IMG/VR virus record: IMGVR_UViG_3300024299_000001
Coordinates: 67,275 to 131,274 of that record
Origin: a virus
Reading direction: 5' to 3' (one strand)
Length of the DNA stretch: 64,000 bases
Shown here in pieces: positions 18,770 to 26,471 of the stretch. Below the pieces are notes generated by a model. The model saw only the letters and a program-made list of their open reading frames with translations. It was not told where the DNA came from and ran no database searches. The position numbers and the translations under genes were made by a program. The stretch's first letter is position 1. Every line of letters starts with the position of its first letter.

Positions 18770-20365
18770 TTACACTACATAAGAATCAATTGTTGATACA
18801 TTGTCTTCCTTCTCACTTTCATAAACATTATTTTGGTCTTTATGCATGATCACATTATCACTTGGTCTCCATACTGTCAAACTACTCAACATAGAAATAG
18901 TATCTATAAAGTCATCGTGTTTACTCTTCATACCGCTCGGAGAAACTAATTGCAACTCATTTATGCACTCTTGCATTGGAGGGGTGTCTTTTAATTCTAA
19001 AGGAAGATACATTTTTTTAGCCTTGAACCAAGGAACAACAATATTAAATCTAACCATTTTATGGGAGTTAGGTCTTATGCCCGGCTGGTTACTATTATTG
19101 TCAGTTGCGAGCATAAAATAAATATTACGATCCATCATTTCACTTTGGATCCAGGGTATAAATCCACCTTGCTGGCCACTCACCTCAACACCTACTGTCT
19201 GGGGTTGCCACTTCTGAGCCAACCTAAATAAGTCATCAATGTTATGGTTCATTAACTGCTTTTTACAAATGCCATCGATCCAAAACCAAAAGCCTTTATT
19301 ATTCAGGGCCCACACCGATATAACAGAAAAATCACTAGAACTCTTCTTACTGGTGGCAAAATCAGTAGTAATATAATAATTAAAGGCCCCTAAATTATTT
19401 AAGATCATTTCATGTTTATACCAACAAATATCTGAATCCTGGATTAACCTGTCTTCCTGAGACATAATTCTCAACATTAACTCCTGGTTAAACGCACTGA
19501 TCTCACCATTCTCTGAGAGAGTATCATACTCCTGCTGTACAAAGTCAAAGGTAAACCTGTCCTCCCAAGCGCCTTTAAAGTCCTCTCTGGCACAGGGAAA
19601 CTCTTCACAGATCGGATATACTCTGGTATTCCAACCACTACTGCCTGCAGCTTCATATAATGGGTCTCTTTGATTAAAAGGGGTACCGGTCCATATAACC
19701 ATACGCTTAGCAGGATGCATAGCCTGTCGAGCAGCTTTATATATAATATTCTTTATATCCCGGGTAATAGTAGCTGATTCAGCATTCTTATCACTCATTA
19801 AATCGTCAAAGCCTGCCCAGGATGGCCTGGTCCCATATTCTTTAAATCCTCTCACACCGGTACTGGCCCCGAACCCTCTGACACAAAATCTATGGCCGGC
19901 AGCATTAATAAACTCCCATCGGACATCAGTAAAGTTTGCAGTAGGAATATAAGTTTTTAAGAATTCAGAATTATTATACCTGAACTCTAAATTCTTACGC
20001 ATACTCTTAATACCGTTATCAATGGTGTCACTGATATACATTGCCACTGACACCTCACCAAAATCAAAGAATTCACCATATACTGCAATATATAAAAACA
20101 TGTACTCATGTAGAGCAGTCGTTTTGGCACTGCCACGGAAAGACACAAATAGATTATTATTATTAGCATTTATATTATCGAGCATATCCATATGGAAGAC
20201 AGGTGACTTATTTTCTTCACCTTCAGTACCATTAACTAACTTAATAAAAGTAATATAAGCCAGTGCTTCTTCTGACGGGACATAATGCTCATTGAAAAAA
20301 GAATAATTAACTTCATTAAGTAATTTTTCTAAAGATGGGTTATCTTTTAATTTATCAGTCATCAT
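18770..20365 (-). CDS. terL: Terminase large subunit (N4 gp68-like)
   Basis: 531 aa. Walker-A-like FRGSAKTT, coupling region VIWTGTPFN, and nuclease-domain acidic motifs (TTDFATS..DFSVISVWA, HDDFIDTISM). Confidence 0.8.
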   Translation of the reverse strand: MMTDKLKDNPSLEKLLNEVNYSFFNEHYVPSEEALAYITFIKLVNGTEGEENKSPVFHMDMLDNINANNNNLFVSFRGSAKTTALHEYMFLYIAVYGEFFDFGEVSVAMYISDTIDNGIKSMRKNLEFRYNNSEFLKTYIPTANFTDVRWEFINAAGHRFCVRGFGASTGVRGFKEYGTRPSWAGFDDLMSDKNAESATITRDIKNIIYKAARQAMHPAKRMVIWTGTPFNQRDPLYEAAGSSGWNTRVYPICEEFPCAREDFKGAWEDRFTFDFVQQEYDTLSENGEISAFNQELMLRIMSQEDRLIQDSDICWYKHEMILNNLGAFNYYITTDFATSKKSSSDFSVISVWALNNKGFWFWIDGICKKQLMNHNIDDLFRLAQKWQPQTVGVEVSGQQGGFIPWIQSEMMDRNIYFMLATDNNSNQPGIRPNSHKMVRFNIVVPWFKAKKMYLPLELKDTPPMQECINELQLVSPSGMKSKHDDFIDTISMLSSLTVWRPSDNVIMHKDQNNVYESEKEDNVSTIDSYVV

Positions 20366-21029
20366 TCACCAACGTACTCTCAGCAATGGTCTTAACTGAG
20401 TGTGAACCATTAAGAATAAGCTCTTGCTGTTGCTTAGCTAATTTGAGAGTAGTTTCTCTTAAAGTCCTGATAGAGTCATCCTGTTTTACTGTAATATCTA
20501 ACTCCAGTTTAGAGGATTCTGGGGGTTTCAAATGAACCATTACACTGTTGGCTGCATCAGATCTTACTTTCTCTGACTTGGCATGATGCATCAGGTCAAC
20601 TTGAGTATTCAAAGCATCCTGGTACGCGGGGGCATTCAGTACATGAAAGGGTACTAGTGTCTGTTCAAAAATAAGATTAACTAATTTACTCTTGTTATAG
20701 GCAGTGGTGTAACTCGCAATATCCTTTTGAGCTACACCATCTGCCAGAAAGCCTACATACTTATCCGGAAAGGTTTTGATGTAAGCATCTTTATTTGTAT
20801 GACCCAATAACTTAAAACTAACATATTTCACTGCACTGATATAGCTGGTCATCTTAAACCGGCCTTCAGTCATCACATTGGTATAGCTTAACAGGTTCTC
20901 TCGGAAATGTTCCAAAGCCTCCGGATTCATCAGCATATCATTAATATCATCAATGATCTGAGGATTAACTAATTTCTTAACCGTTACCGGTAGTGCAGCT
21001 TTAAATTGTTCTTCAGTTATTGGGTCCAT
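20355..21029 (-). CDS. Conserved protein upstream of TerL (possible small terminase; N4 gp69 position)
   Basis: 224 aa, overlaps the terL start; position only. Confidence 0.3.
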   Translation of the reverse strand: MDPITEEQFKAALPVTVKKLVNPQIIDDINDMLMNPEALEHFRENLLSYTNVMTEGRFKMTSYISAVKYVSFKLLGHTNKDAYIKTFPDKYVGFLADGVAQKDIASYTTAYNKSKLVNLIFEQTLVPFHVLNAPAYQDALNTQVDLMHHAKSEKVRSDAANSVMVHLKPPESSKLELDITVKQDDSIRTLRETTLKLAKQQQELILNGSHSVKTIAESTLVNDD

Positions 21030-21037
21030 GGTTTATC

Positions 21038-21562
21038 CTATTTTATAATCATCCAATCATCAGCCAGCATATCAGTCTGTGAAGCTAACCAGCCTGGTAA
21101 CCATTTCTTATCAGCAGTCCACATTGCAATATACGGAAGCGTTACAAGGGGTGTGTCTTCACCAATCCATTTTGCGGTTCGATCATTAACCTTTCTATCT
21201 GTCCCTTGTGTTGAGAAAGGAGGTAAAGTCATTCCAGTCATAAGTACCAACCACATATCTTTACCATTCCAACCTGCCCGGGCAACCTTATGCCCAGTTT
21301 TAAGTGCTGCAATAGCTGTTCCAAAGGTCATAGAATCTTCAAGTGATTTATAAGCTGCCTCAAACACATCCATTGGGCTCCATGAGATATAATGACAACC
21401 GCTTTCCAAGGGTCCATCAAATTTACCCTTAGCATTTGAGTAACCAACCATATAGCCATCAGCTAATGGTTCATCCGGAACATCCATTCTCTGTGAATCA
21501 CAGTAATCTCCACGAGTCATAGGTGTTGCTTTAATAATTTTTGTACCAATAAACTTTTCCAT
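21038..21562 (-). CDS. DUF2829-domain protein (family that includes the Thoeris anti-defence protein Tad2)
   Basis: C-terminal half: FGTAIAALKTGHKVARAGWNGKDMWLV...WLASQTDMLADDWMII, which matches the DUF2829 signature as I recall it. Confidence 0.55.
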   Translation of the reverse strand: MEKFIGTKIIKATPMTRGDYCDSQRMDVPDEPLADGYMVGYSNAKGKFDGPLESGCHYISWSPMDVFEAAYKSLEDSMTFGTAIAALKTGHKVARAGWNGKDMWLVLMTGMTLPPFSTQGTDRKVNDRTAKWIGEDTPLVTLPYIAMWTADKKWLPGWLASQTDMLADDWMIIK

Positions 21563-21570
21563 CTTTCCTC

Positions 21571-21774
21571 CTAAGCTGGTTCTAAATTATCTTCAAAATA
21601 CTTACGGGCCACATACCACTGGTCAGCATGATTCTGTGGATTCCGGGCTACCATACCCATATCATTTTCAGGGTCATCTACTTCAGCTACTGAAATATCT
21701 GTTAAATCTTCTCCTTTTACATAAGGACGCATCTCAGATAAACCTTTTCTTTTGTACTGTTTAAATTCTTCCAT
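21571..21774 (-). CDS. Hypothetical small protein
   Basis: 67-aa ORF, same-strand packing. Confidence 0.25.
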   Translation of the reverse strand: MEEFKQYKRKGLSEMRPYVKGEDLTDISVAEVDDPENDMGMVARNPQNHADQWYVARKYFEDNLEPA

Positions 21775-21813
21775 CTTTCCTCCTCCTTGGGTTAGTGTAT
21801 AGGGTAAGTATAG

Positions 21814-22044
21814 TCAAACATTTCTTAAAAGCAAGTTTTTTATTTTTAACTCTTTTAATTCTATCTCTAATTCCTTTAAAGTATTAAAAATAAAACCATC
21901 CTTTCGTTTTGGGAGTTTAACTTTAAAATCAATACGATCCATTGGGTAATTATAGCGTTGATCAACTTTAAAATTGTAATAACCAAATTGCTGTAACAAC
22001 CGTCTAAAAGGCAAAGTATTTTTATATTTAGCATCAGCTATCAT
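21814..22044 (-). CDS. Hypothetical small protein
   Basis: 76-aa ORF. Confidence 0.25.
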   Translation of the reverse strand: MIADAKYKNTLPFRRLLQQFGYYNFKVDQRYNYPMDRIDFKVKLPKRKDGFIFNTLKELEIELKELKIKNLLLRNV

Positions 22045-22346
22045 AAAGAATTCCCCTCTATTTTAAAAGCATCTATAGTAAAATTAGCATATTGGGGCTT
22101 ATTTACCTTATCCAGCAATAGGTCTTTCATCTTTAATTCGTTATTATGTTTTTTAACAGCCTCAATACATTCTTCTTCTGAACCAAAAATATAAACTAAC
22201 AGCATACCTAAAGACTCAACGTATGCATGGCATGCACAGCTGGAGTCTTCTTTGTAAACACTGGCCCCAGAACGCTTATGCTTCACAGCAAACAAGCAGT
22301 TCCTTTCCCACTTCTTATCCTGGAATAATTCACGGTTATCAATCAT
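22041..22346 (-). CDS. Hypothetical small protein
   Basis: 101-aa ORF. Confidence 0.25.
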   Translation of the reverse strand: MIDNRELFQDKKWERNCLFAVKHKRSGASVYKEDSSCACHAYVESLGMLLVYIFGSEEECIEAVKKHNNELKMKDLLLDKVNKPQYANFTIDAFKIEGNSL

Positions 22347-22393
22347 TAAATTCCTTTGGTTTAGTTTATTTAAAATAATATTTTTTATTTATA

Positions 22394-22497
22394 CCCCTTG
22401 GGAATACACTACGCAATTTACGCCGGACTCTCGCTGCGCTACGCTTGCTCGCCCGGTCTCATTGCTCCGTATTCCCTGCGGGTAATGGGGGTTGGTG
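22394..22497. other. GC-rich structured island A (closed by an 8-bp stem GGGAATAC/GTATTCCC plus CCCC/GGGG)
   Basis: Sharp local GC rise in AT-rich DNA. The core at 22411-22468 resembles the reverse complement of 47892-47941 and shares CGCTACGCT with 23150-23158. Confidence 0.5.
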
Positions 22498-22513
22498 TCT
22501 TACTATATAATAT

Positions 22514-22942
22514 TTATTTTTCATTGGTTAATTCTCCTTTATTCTCCCACTGTTCAAGCACATCATCAAAAGTAGAGAAATCTGATAGAACTGCCCGGGG
22601 GTTAATCAAGTAATGCTGCTGTTTAATCCGTCTAACTAATCCCAAACCCTCAAGGGCTTTGTAGGCCACACTTAACCGATTAATAGCAACTTTACCCTCT
22701 GGCCGGTAAACAGCAATATTAGTGTAAGGGTCTCTTGAATCAACCAACTCCCACCATAGCCAGGCTACCTGCTTAGACATAGCCTGAATGGTCTTATACA
22801 AATGTGGGTAATTCTTAACTCTGGTTTGGTAACGCATATTCCCTCCAATACAATCATAAGATGGTGTTACTACTTTATGCTTAACCTTCCGGCTAATATA
22901 AACCTCTTCATCATCTCCGATAACCTCTACAAACTGTGTCAT
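22514..22942 (-). CDS. Winged-helix DNA-binding protein, RepL-like; paralog of 48203..48649
   Basis: The segment SKQVAWLWWELVDSRDPYTNIAV...RLSVAYKALEGLGLVRRIKQQHYLINP aligns with SKPAYSLFNQLKSNRNPTNNISF...SYIINP in the other ORF. Confidence 0.4.
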   Translation of the reverse strand: MTQFVEVIGDDEEVYISRKVKHKVVTPSYDCIGGNMRYQTRVKNYPHLYKTIQAMSKQVAWLWWELVDSRDPYTNIAVYRPEGKVAINRLSVAYKALEGLGLVRRIKQQHYLINPRAVLSDFSTFDDVLEQWENKGELTNEK

Positions 22943-22972
22943 AGTTTATCCCCTTATTTTATGGATAAACAC

Positions 22973-23000
22973 AGCATACCATATAAAACATGTAAGTCAA
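22973..23000 (-). promoter_or_regulatory. Sigma70-like promoter for the leftward operon
   Basis: On the minus strand: TTGACT, then 16 nt ending in TGG, then TATGCT (extended -10), about 30 nt upstream of the ATG at 22942. Confidence 0.35.
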
Positions 23001-23095
23001 GGACTATTTTCCCATAAAAAGTGTGGTAAGAAATTGTTCATAACTATTTGAAATTATTAGTGATTCGCAGATTGGTGACGTCTATATATATATTA

Positions 23096-23160
23096 TTTGC
23101 GCGTACATGCGCGCGCGTATATAAGAGCATGCTGCGCATACCCATGTTTCGCTACGCTCA
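23096..23160. other. GC-rich island C with a ~26-nt perfect purine-pyrimidine alternation (TGCGCGTACATGCGCGCGCGTATATA) and a CGCTACGCT box
   Basis: Read directly; lies in the divergent terminus-like region. Confidence 0.45.
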
Positions 23161-23232
23161 ACTAAGAGCAACTAAAACTGAACCAAAGAGAAAGAACACA
23201 AGATCGGTAGATCTGTAACCGATTATTAAGGG

Positions 23233-23247
23233 TGCGCCAGAGGCGCG
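23233..23247. other. 5-6 bp stem / 3-nt AGA-loop hairpin (GCGCC AGA GGCGC)
   Basis: Inverted repeat read directly. Confidence 0.3.
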
Positions 23248-23384
23248 TAAAAAGAAAAAGGACCGAGTTTACCAAGCCCGATCCTTTTTCAACAACCACT
23301 AACCAAAAGGAGTTTAACATGTCCCATGAGAAGACATTAACTAAAACCTATACTAATTAAATTTAACTTGCAAGTAATAAAACT

Positions 23385-23420
23385 AAAAAAGAGTAAACTA
23401 GTTAAAGTTCACTCTTTTTC
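23385..23420. terminator. Terminator-like hairpin flanked by an A-run and a T-run (bidirectional type)
   Basis: AAAAAAGAGTAAAC..GTTCACTCTTTTT; 8 of 9 bp pair. Confidence 0.3.
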
Positions 23421-23516
23421 AGGGAGGTTAAAAAAAGGCCCGTGAGAAACCTTAATATTACTATTATATTATATAATTACCTTAAGCAAGTAATTTTAAC
23501 TTTTTGCAACTTTTCT

Positions 23517-23700
23517 CAAAAAATAAAATTTGAGTACACCGGTAGTTCTGTTTCAGGTTTTTCAGAAAAAAATAAATTAGACGTAGATGAAGTTCGGTTC
23601 CAGGTTTTTGTCAAAAAAATAAATTACGTACAGATGAAGAGTTTGCGAGTTTTTTAAAAAAATAAAAATTACGTACACCGGTAGTTCTGCTCTGTAAAGA
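23517..23700. repeat. Four imperfect ~43-49-bp direct repeats, each with an A6-7TAAA(A)TT head, in A-B-B-A order
   Basis: Units 1 and 4 share GTACACCGGTAGTTCTG. Units 2 and 3 share GTA(G/C)A..GATGAAG. Confidence 0.6.
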
Positions 23701-23771
23701 GCCTACAACACAAACCCACCCCCGGGTGCTTAAAACTTTAGGGCTACGTTTTCATCACCCACCATCTGCCT

Positions 23772-23797
23772 GGCCTCTGGCTATATCAATGGCACTA
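23772..23797 (+). promoter_or_regulatory. Candidate vRNAP-type hairpin promoter (variant loop TCT)
   Basis: GGCCTCTGGCTATATCAATGGCAC; member of the 7-copy motif family. Confidence 0.4.
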
Positions 23798-23827
23798 ACG
23801 CCACAATCCCTAGCTAGGAGATTTATC

Positions 23828-24085
23828 ATGTTTCAAAATTTAACCCGGGTAATGACCCGTACATCCGATGTCATTGTGGACACAATGGGTGTCCTATCTA
23901 TTAACATGTCCTCACTTAAAGTCATAAGCGAAGGCGGTAACGTCAAAGCTGAGGACTTCAAAGCAGCATGTATCGATGATGCTGCTCTTGCCGCTGACAA
24001 GCGTAAGTATGACATCACAAAACAACGTATTGACCTCGATGCCGATCATCAAGCGCTTCTGGCCACTCCTAAACCTAAGAAATAA
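23828..24085 (+). CDS. Hypothetical early protein
   Basis: Internal ATG of track ORF 23726..24085, preceded by AGGAG. The upstream part of the track ORF overlaps the promoter motif. Confidence 0.4.
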   Translation: MFQNLTRVMTRTSDVIVDTMGVLSINMSSLKVISEGGNVKAEDFKAACIDDAALAADKRKYDITKQRIDLDADHQALLATPKPKK

Positions 24086-24093
24086 CCCTAACC

Positions 24094-24131
24094 AGCCATA
24101 CCCAGTCCATCGGGTATGGCTTTACTCTTTT
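24094..24131 (+). terminator. Rho-independent terminator
   Basis: 10-bp stem AGCCATACCC/GGGTATGGCT with an 8-nt loop, then TTACTCTTTT. Confidence 0.55.
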
Positions 24132-24330
24132 ACTACACAAAGAACACATTAAGATAGTTGCTTTAAGATTGCTGTTTAGCTCCGTGCGTAAGAGGTCGTA
24201 ATTACCTGTAATAACACTGTTATTTAAATGTTTACACTGTTTAGCTTGATTTAACATAGTTCATCACTCCGACCATCGGTCACTATACCTACCCGACATA
24301 CTAACACCTTCAGTCTGTATCAACACCTCT

Positions 24331-24356
24331 ACCTCCGGTTATATAAACGGATAGTT
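24331..24356 (+). promoter_or_regulatory. Candidate vRNAP-type hairpin promoter
   Basis: ACCTCCGGTTATATAAACGGATAG. Confidence 0.45.
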
Positions 24357-24755
24357 GTTATAAAGGCAAGTTCATCCATGTGACATATCTCCGTAACGAG
24401 ATATATGCACGTTGAACTAGCAAAGCATAACAACTGTTCCTTTGCTAGAAAGACATTACCGCCGAACGGCAATGAGCGGTAGTATCATGCATCGAAACTA
24501 TAAATAAAGCCGACAAGCTTAGTGCACTTGGAACTCCCAACGCACTAATTCACACCTTGGACCGTGTGTCTTAAATTACTAACCAGTTGGTTAGTCCATT
24601 ATTTGATTGACCAGAATGGGGAGGTGTTTGAAAAGAATATGCATAGCTCGTTGCTTAATAACTGCAAGCATATCACCTAAATCTACATTGGTCTAATCAT
24701 CTTAAAGCTATAACCTCTGGGCAAGGTTAAAAGAATACTGCCCATTAACTTGCCC
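24346..24755 (+). ncRNA. Candidate structured early non-coding RNA or long leader
   Basis: About 410 nt between two promoter motifs, with no ORF longer than 15 codons on the + strand and at least six 6-9-bp helices read by eye. Confidence 0.35.
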
Positions 24756-24787
24756 AACCTCCGGTTATATCAATGGAAGTATTAATA
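24756..24787 (+). promoter_or_regulatory. Candidate vRNAP-type hairpin promoter
   Basis: AACCTCCGGTTATATCAATGGAAGTATTAAT. Confidence 0.5.
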
Positions 24788-24826
24788 CTTCTTTAAACTA
24801 ATTACTACTAATAGGAGCTACCAACC

Positions 24827-25000
24827 ATGCGTAATACTCAAACTGAAGAACTAACCAACTTACTCAATAATATTAATATTACTAACTTTCAAAAACAAAT
24901 TAAAGCCTTTGATATTACTAAAAATCAATTCTTCTTTATTGATAAAGATACAGTTATTCATGCTTATTGTATTAAAGGTATTTGGTACTGCAAAGCTTAA
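24827..25000 (+). CDS. Hypothetical early protein (57 aa, below track cutoff)
   Basis: ATG preceded by TAGGAG; hand translation MRNTQTEELTNLLNN...GIWYCKA. Confidence 0.4.
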   Translation: MRNTQTEELTNLLNNINITNFQKQIKAFDITKNQFFFIDKDTVIHAYCIKGIWYCKA

Positions 25001-25073
25001 TAATTATACCTTTCTAATTAAATTATAAGTGTGGGCCTAACCGGGCTCACACATTAACCAAAGGAGATAGACC

Positions 25074-25280
25074 ATGCGTAACCAAATCGGAGCACGTTAC
25101 CTACATCACTGCATCAATCGTACTGATAAGTCATTCAATGGCATCATTAACATTGCCAACCGACAATATGTTAGACTATCAGCAACTACCCTTAAACGCA
25201 CTAAAACAGGAGACTTAAATAATGGAAAATCATTCAAGCAGTTCAGAAAATACAAAGAAAATAACCAGGTTTTGGGATGA
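25074..25280 (+). CDS. Hypothetical early protein
   Basis: 68 aa with a strong SD (AAAGGAG). Confidence 0.35.
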   Translation: MRNQIGARYLHHCINRTDKSFNGIINIANRQYVRLSATTLKRTKTGDLNNGKSFKQFRKYKENNQVLG

Positions 25281-25758
25281 CCTTAAATCCGGGCATTTTG
25301 CGTCTATGATCAAGGAATCCAGTAAGGGCAATGCTTTATCAAATGCCCAGGAGGTCTGTAATATCATGAAGCCTTTCTTTGCCAGGCATGACGACATCGA
25401 AAAAATGTACTGTATCTTACTGGATGCCAAAAATCACATCATTGCTATCGAAAAGATGTTTTCTGGCTCAATCACAAGTTCCGCAGTATACCCCAGAGAA
25501 ATTGTAAAAAAGGTGTTGAAAAATAAAGCTGCAGCAATAATTTTGACACATAACCACCCGTCGGGCTCCACAAAGCCATCATCTGAAGATCTTATGATTA
25601 CAGCACGAATTGGAATTGCACTTTCAAGCATTGATGTAACCTTGCATGACCATCTGATTATTGGAGAAAATTATTACAGTTTTTCTGAACAGGGATGGTT
25701 AGAGAAAACAAACCAAAAATATCAGGATTTCATCTTTGCCAGCATCATAGCAGATTAA
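25222..25758 (+). CDS. radC: RadC-like JAB/MPN-domain protein
   Basis: HNHPSGSTKPSSEDLMIT (JAMM H-x-H-P-S-G motif) plus the typical RadC C-terminal fold length. Confidence 0.75.
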   Translation: MENHSSSSENTKKITRFWDDLKSGHFASMIKESSKGNALSNAQEVCNIMKPFFARHDDIEKMYCILLDAKNHIIAIEKMFSGSITSSAVYPREIVKKVLKNKAAAIILTHNHPSGSTKPSSEDLMITARIGIALSSIDVTLHDHLIIGENYYSFSEQGWLEKTNQKYQDFIFASIIAD

Positions 25759-25782
25759 ACCCAGTTCAATAAAAATTAATAG

Positions 25783-25820
25783 AAACCTTTTGGAGTTGTT
25801 CCAAAGGGTTTTTTGTTTTT
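25783..25820 (+). terminator. Rho-independent terminator
   Basis: AAACCTTTTGG/CCAAAGGGTTT stem followed by TTTTTGTTTTT. Confidence 0.65.
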
Positions 25821-25845
25821 GAATTAATAACCAAGGAGAAGACCA

Positions 25846-26121
25846 ATGGCCAAAAAGCCTCATAACATTAAATTACAAGGCATCCTTCCTGACGGTCATA
25901 TTGCTAAAACATCTGATGCTGACCAAGTATCAGCCTTCGTATCAATTGACCGCAAAGTATCTGTGGTAATACGCCCAGACAGAGCATTCCTTAGAACTCC
26001 CAAGGGTCACTATCAGCTTACCAAACATAAGAGTGCCAACCGGTACCAAGGCATTGTAGAGGGAAATAAAACCCACATAACCACCAAATTAATAGTTGGT
26101 AAAGTAATATGGTGGGCATAA
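25846..26121 (+). CDS. Hypothetical early protein
   Basis: 91 aa; SD AAGGAG. Confidence 0.35.
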   Translation: MAKKPHNIKLQGILPDGHIAKTSDADQVSAFVSIDRKVSVVIRPDRAFLRTPKGHYQLTKHKSANRYQGIVEGNKTHITTKLIVGKVIWWA

Positions 26122-26144
26122 CTACAACAGCTGGAGGTCGAACA

Positions 26145-26176
26145 GGCCTCCGGCTATATCTTTGGGTATTAATATT
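26145..26176 (+). promoter_or_regulatory. Candidate vRNAP-type hairpin promoter
   Basis: GGCCTCCGGCTATATCTTTGGGTATTAATAT. Confidence 0.5.
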
Positions 26177-26193
26177 AAATAAAGGAGATAGTT

Positions 26194-26385
26194 ATGAAAC
26201 TCTATGAACCCGTTGAACTCGGTGAAACCATTAAAGCCGGTTATCAATTTAAACGCCGAGGAGAGAATACCTGGGTTAGCTTAGATCAGTCTTCGATCGA
26301 TAGCTTTGTTGCAATAACCAAGAAACCTATTATCTATGATGCCCTTGATCGTCTTTGTCGTAAACCATTAAAGGAGTTTGAATAA
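26194..26385 (+). CDS. Hypothetical early protein
   Basis: 63 aa; SD AAAGGAG. Confidence 0.35.
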   Translation: MKLYEPVELGETIKAGYQFKRRGENTWVSLDQSSIDSFVAITKKPIIYDALDRLCRKPLKEFE

Positions 26386-26471
26386 TGTGCAACAGGTACT
26401 GCTCATCCAAAAGAAATTAAAATATCATTACAAACAACAATAGTTTAATTATAAATAAAGGAGTAATTATT

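Noticed and set aside
22400-22476. tRNA in GC-rich island A (~77 nt closed by an 8-bp stem)
   Set aside because: I could find no D-arm or anticodon-arm geometry and no GTTCRANYC T-loop. The same applies to islands B and C.
23442-23657. Track ORF across the terminus repeats, and the N-terminal extension of 23726..24085
   Set aside because: The ORF is composed of the A-tract repeats and has no SD. The extension overlaps the promoter motif, while an internal ATG at 23828 has a good AGGAG.
24075-24257. Minus-strand 60-aa ORF
   Set aside because: It overlaps the end of + gene 23828..24085 and its terminator, runs against the early transcription direction and has no SD.
25030-25053. GTGTGGGCC-TAACCG-GGCTCACAC hairpin as an eighth hairpin promoter
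   Set aside because: It has a 9-bp stem and a 6-nt loop, with no TCC loop and no ATAT/AAYGG box. It is probably an intergenic stabiliser or weak terminator. Evidence is insufficient either way.
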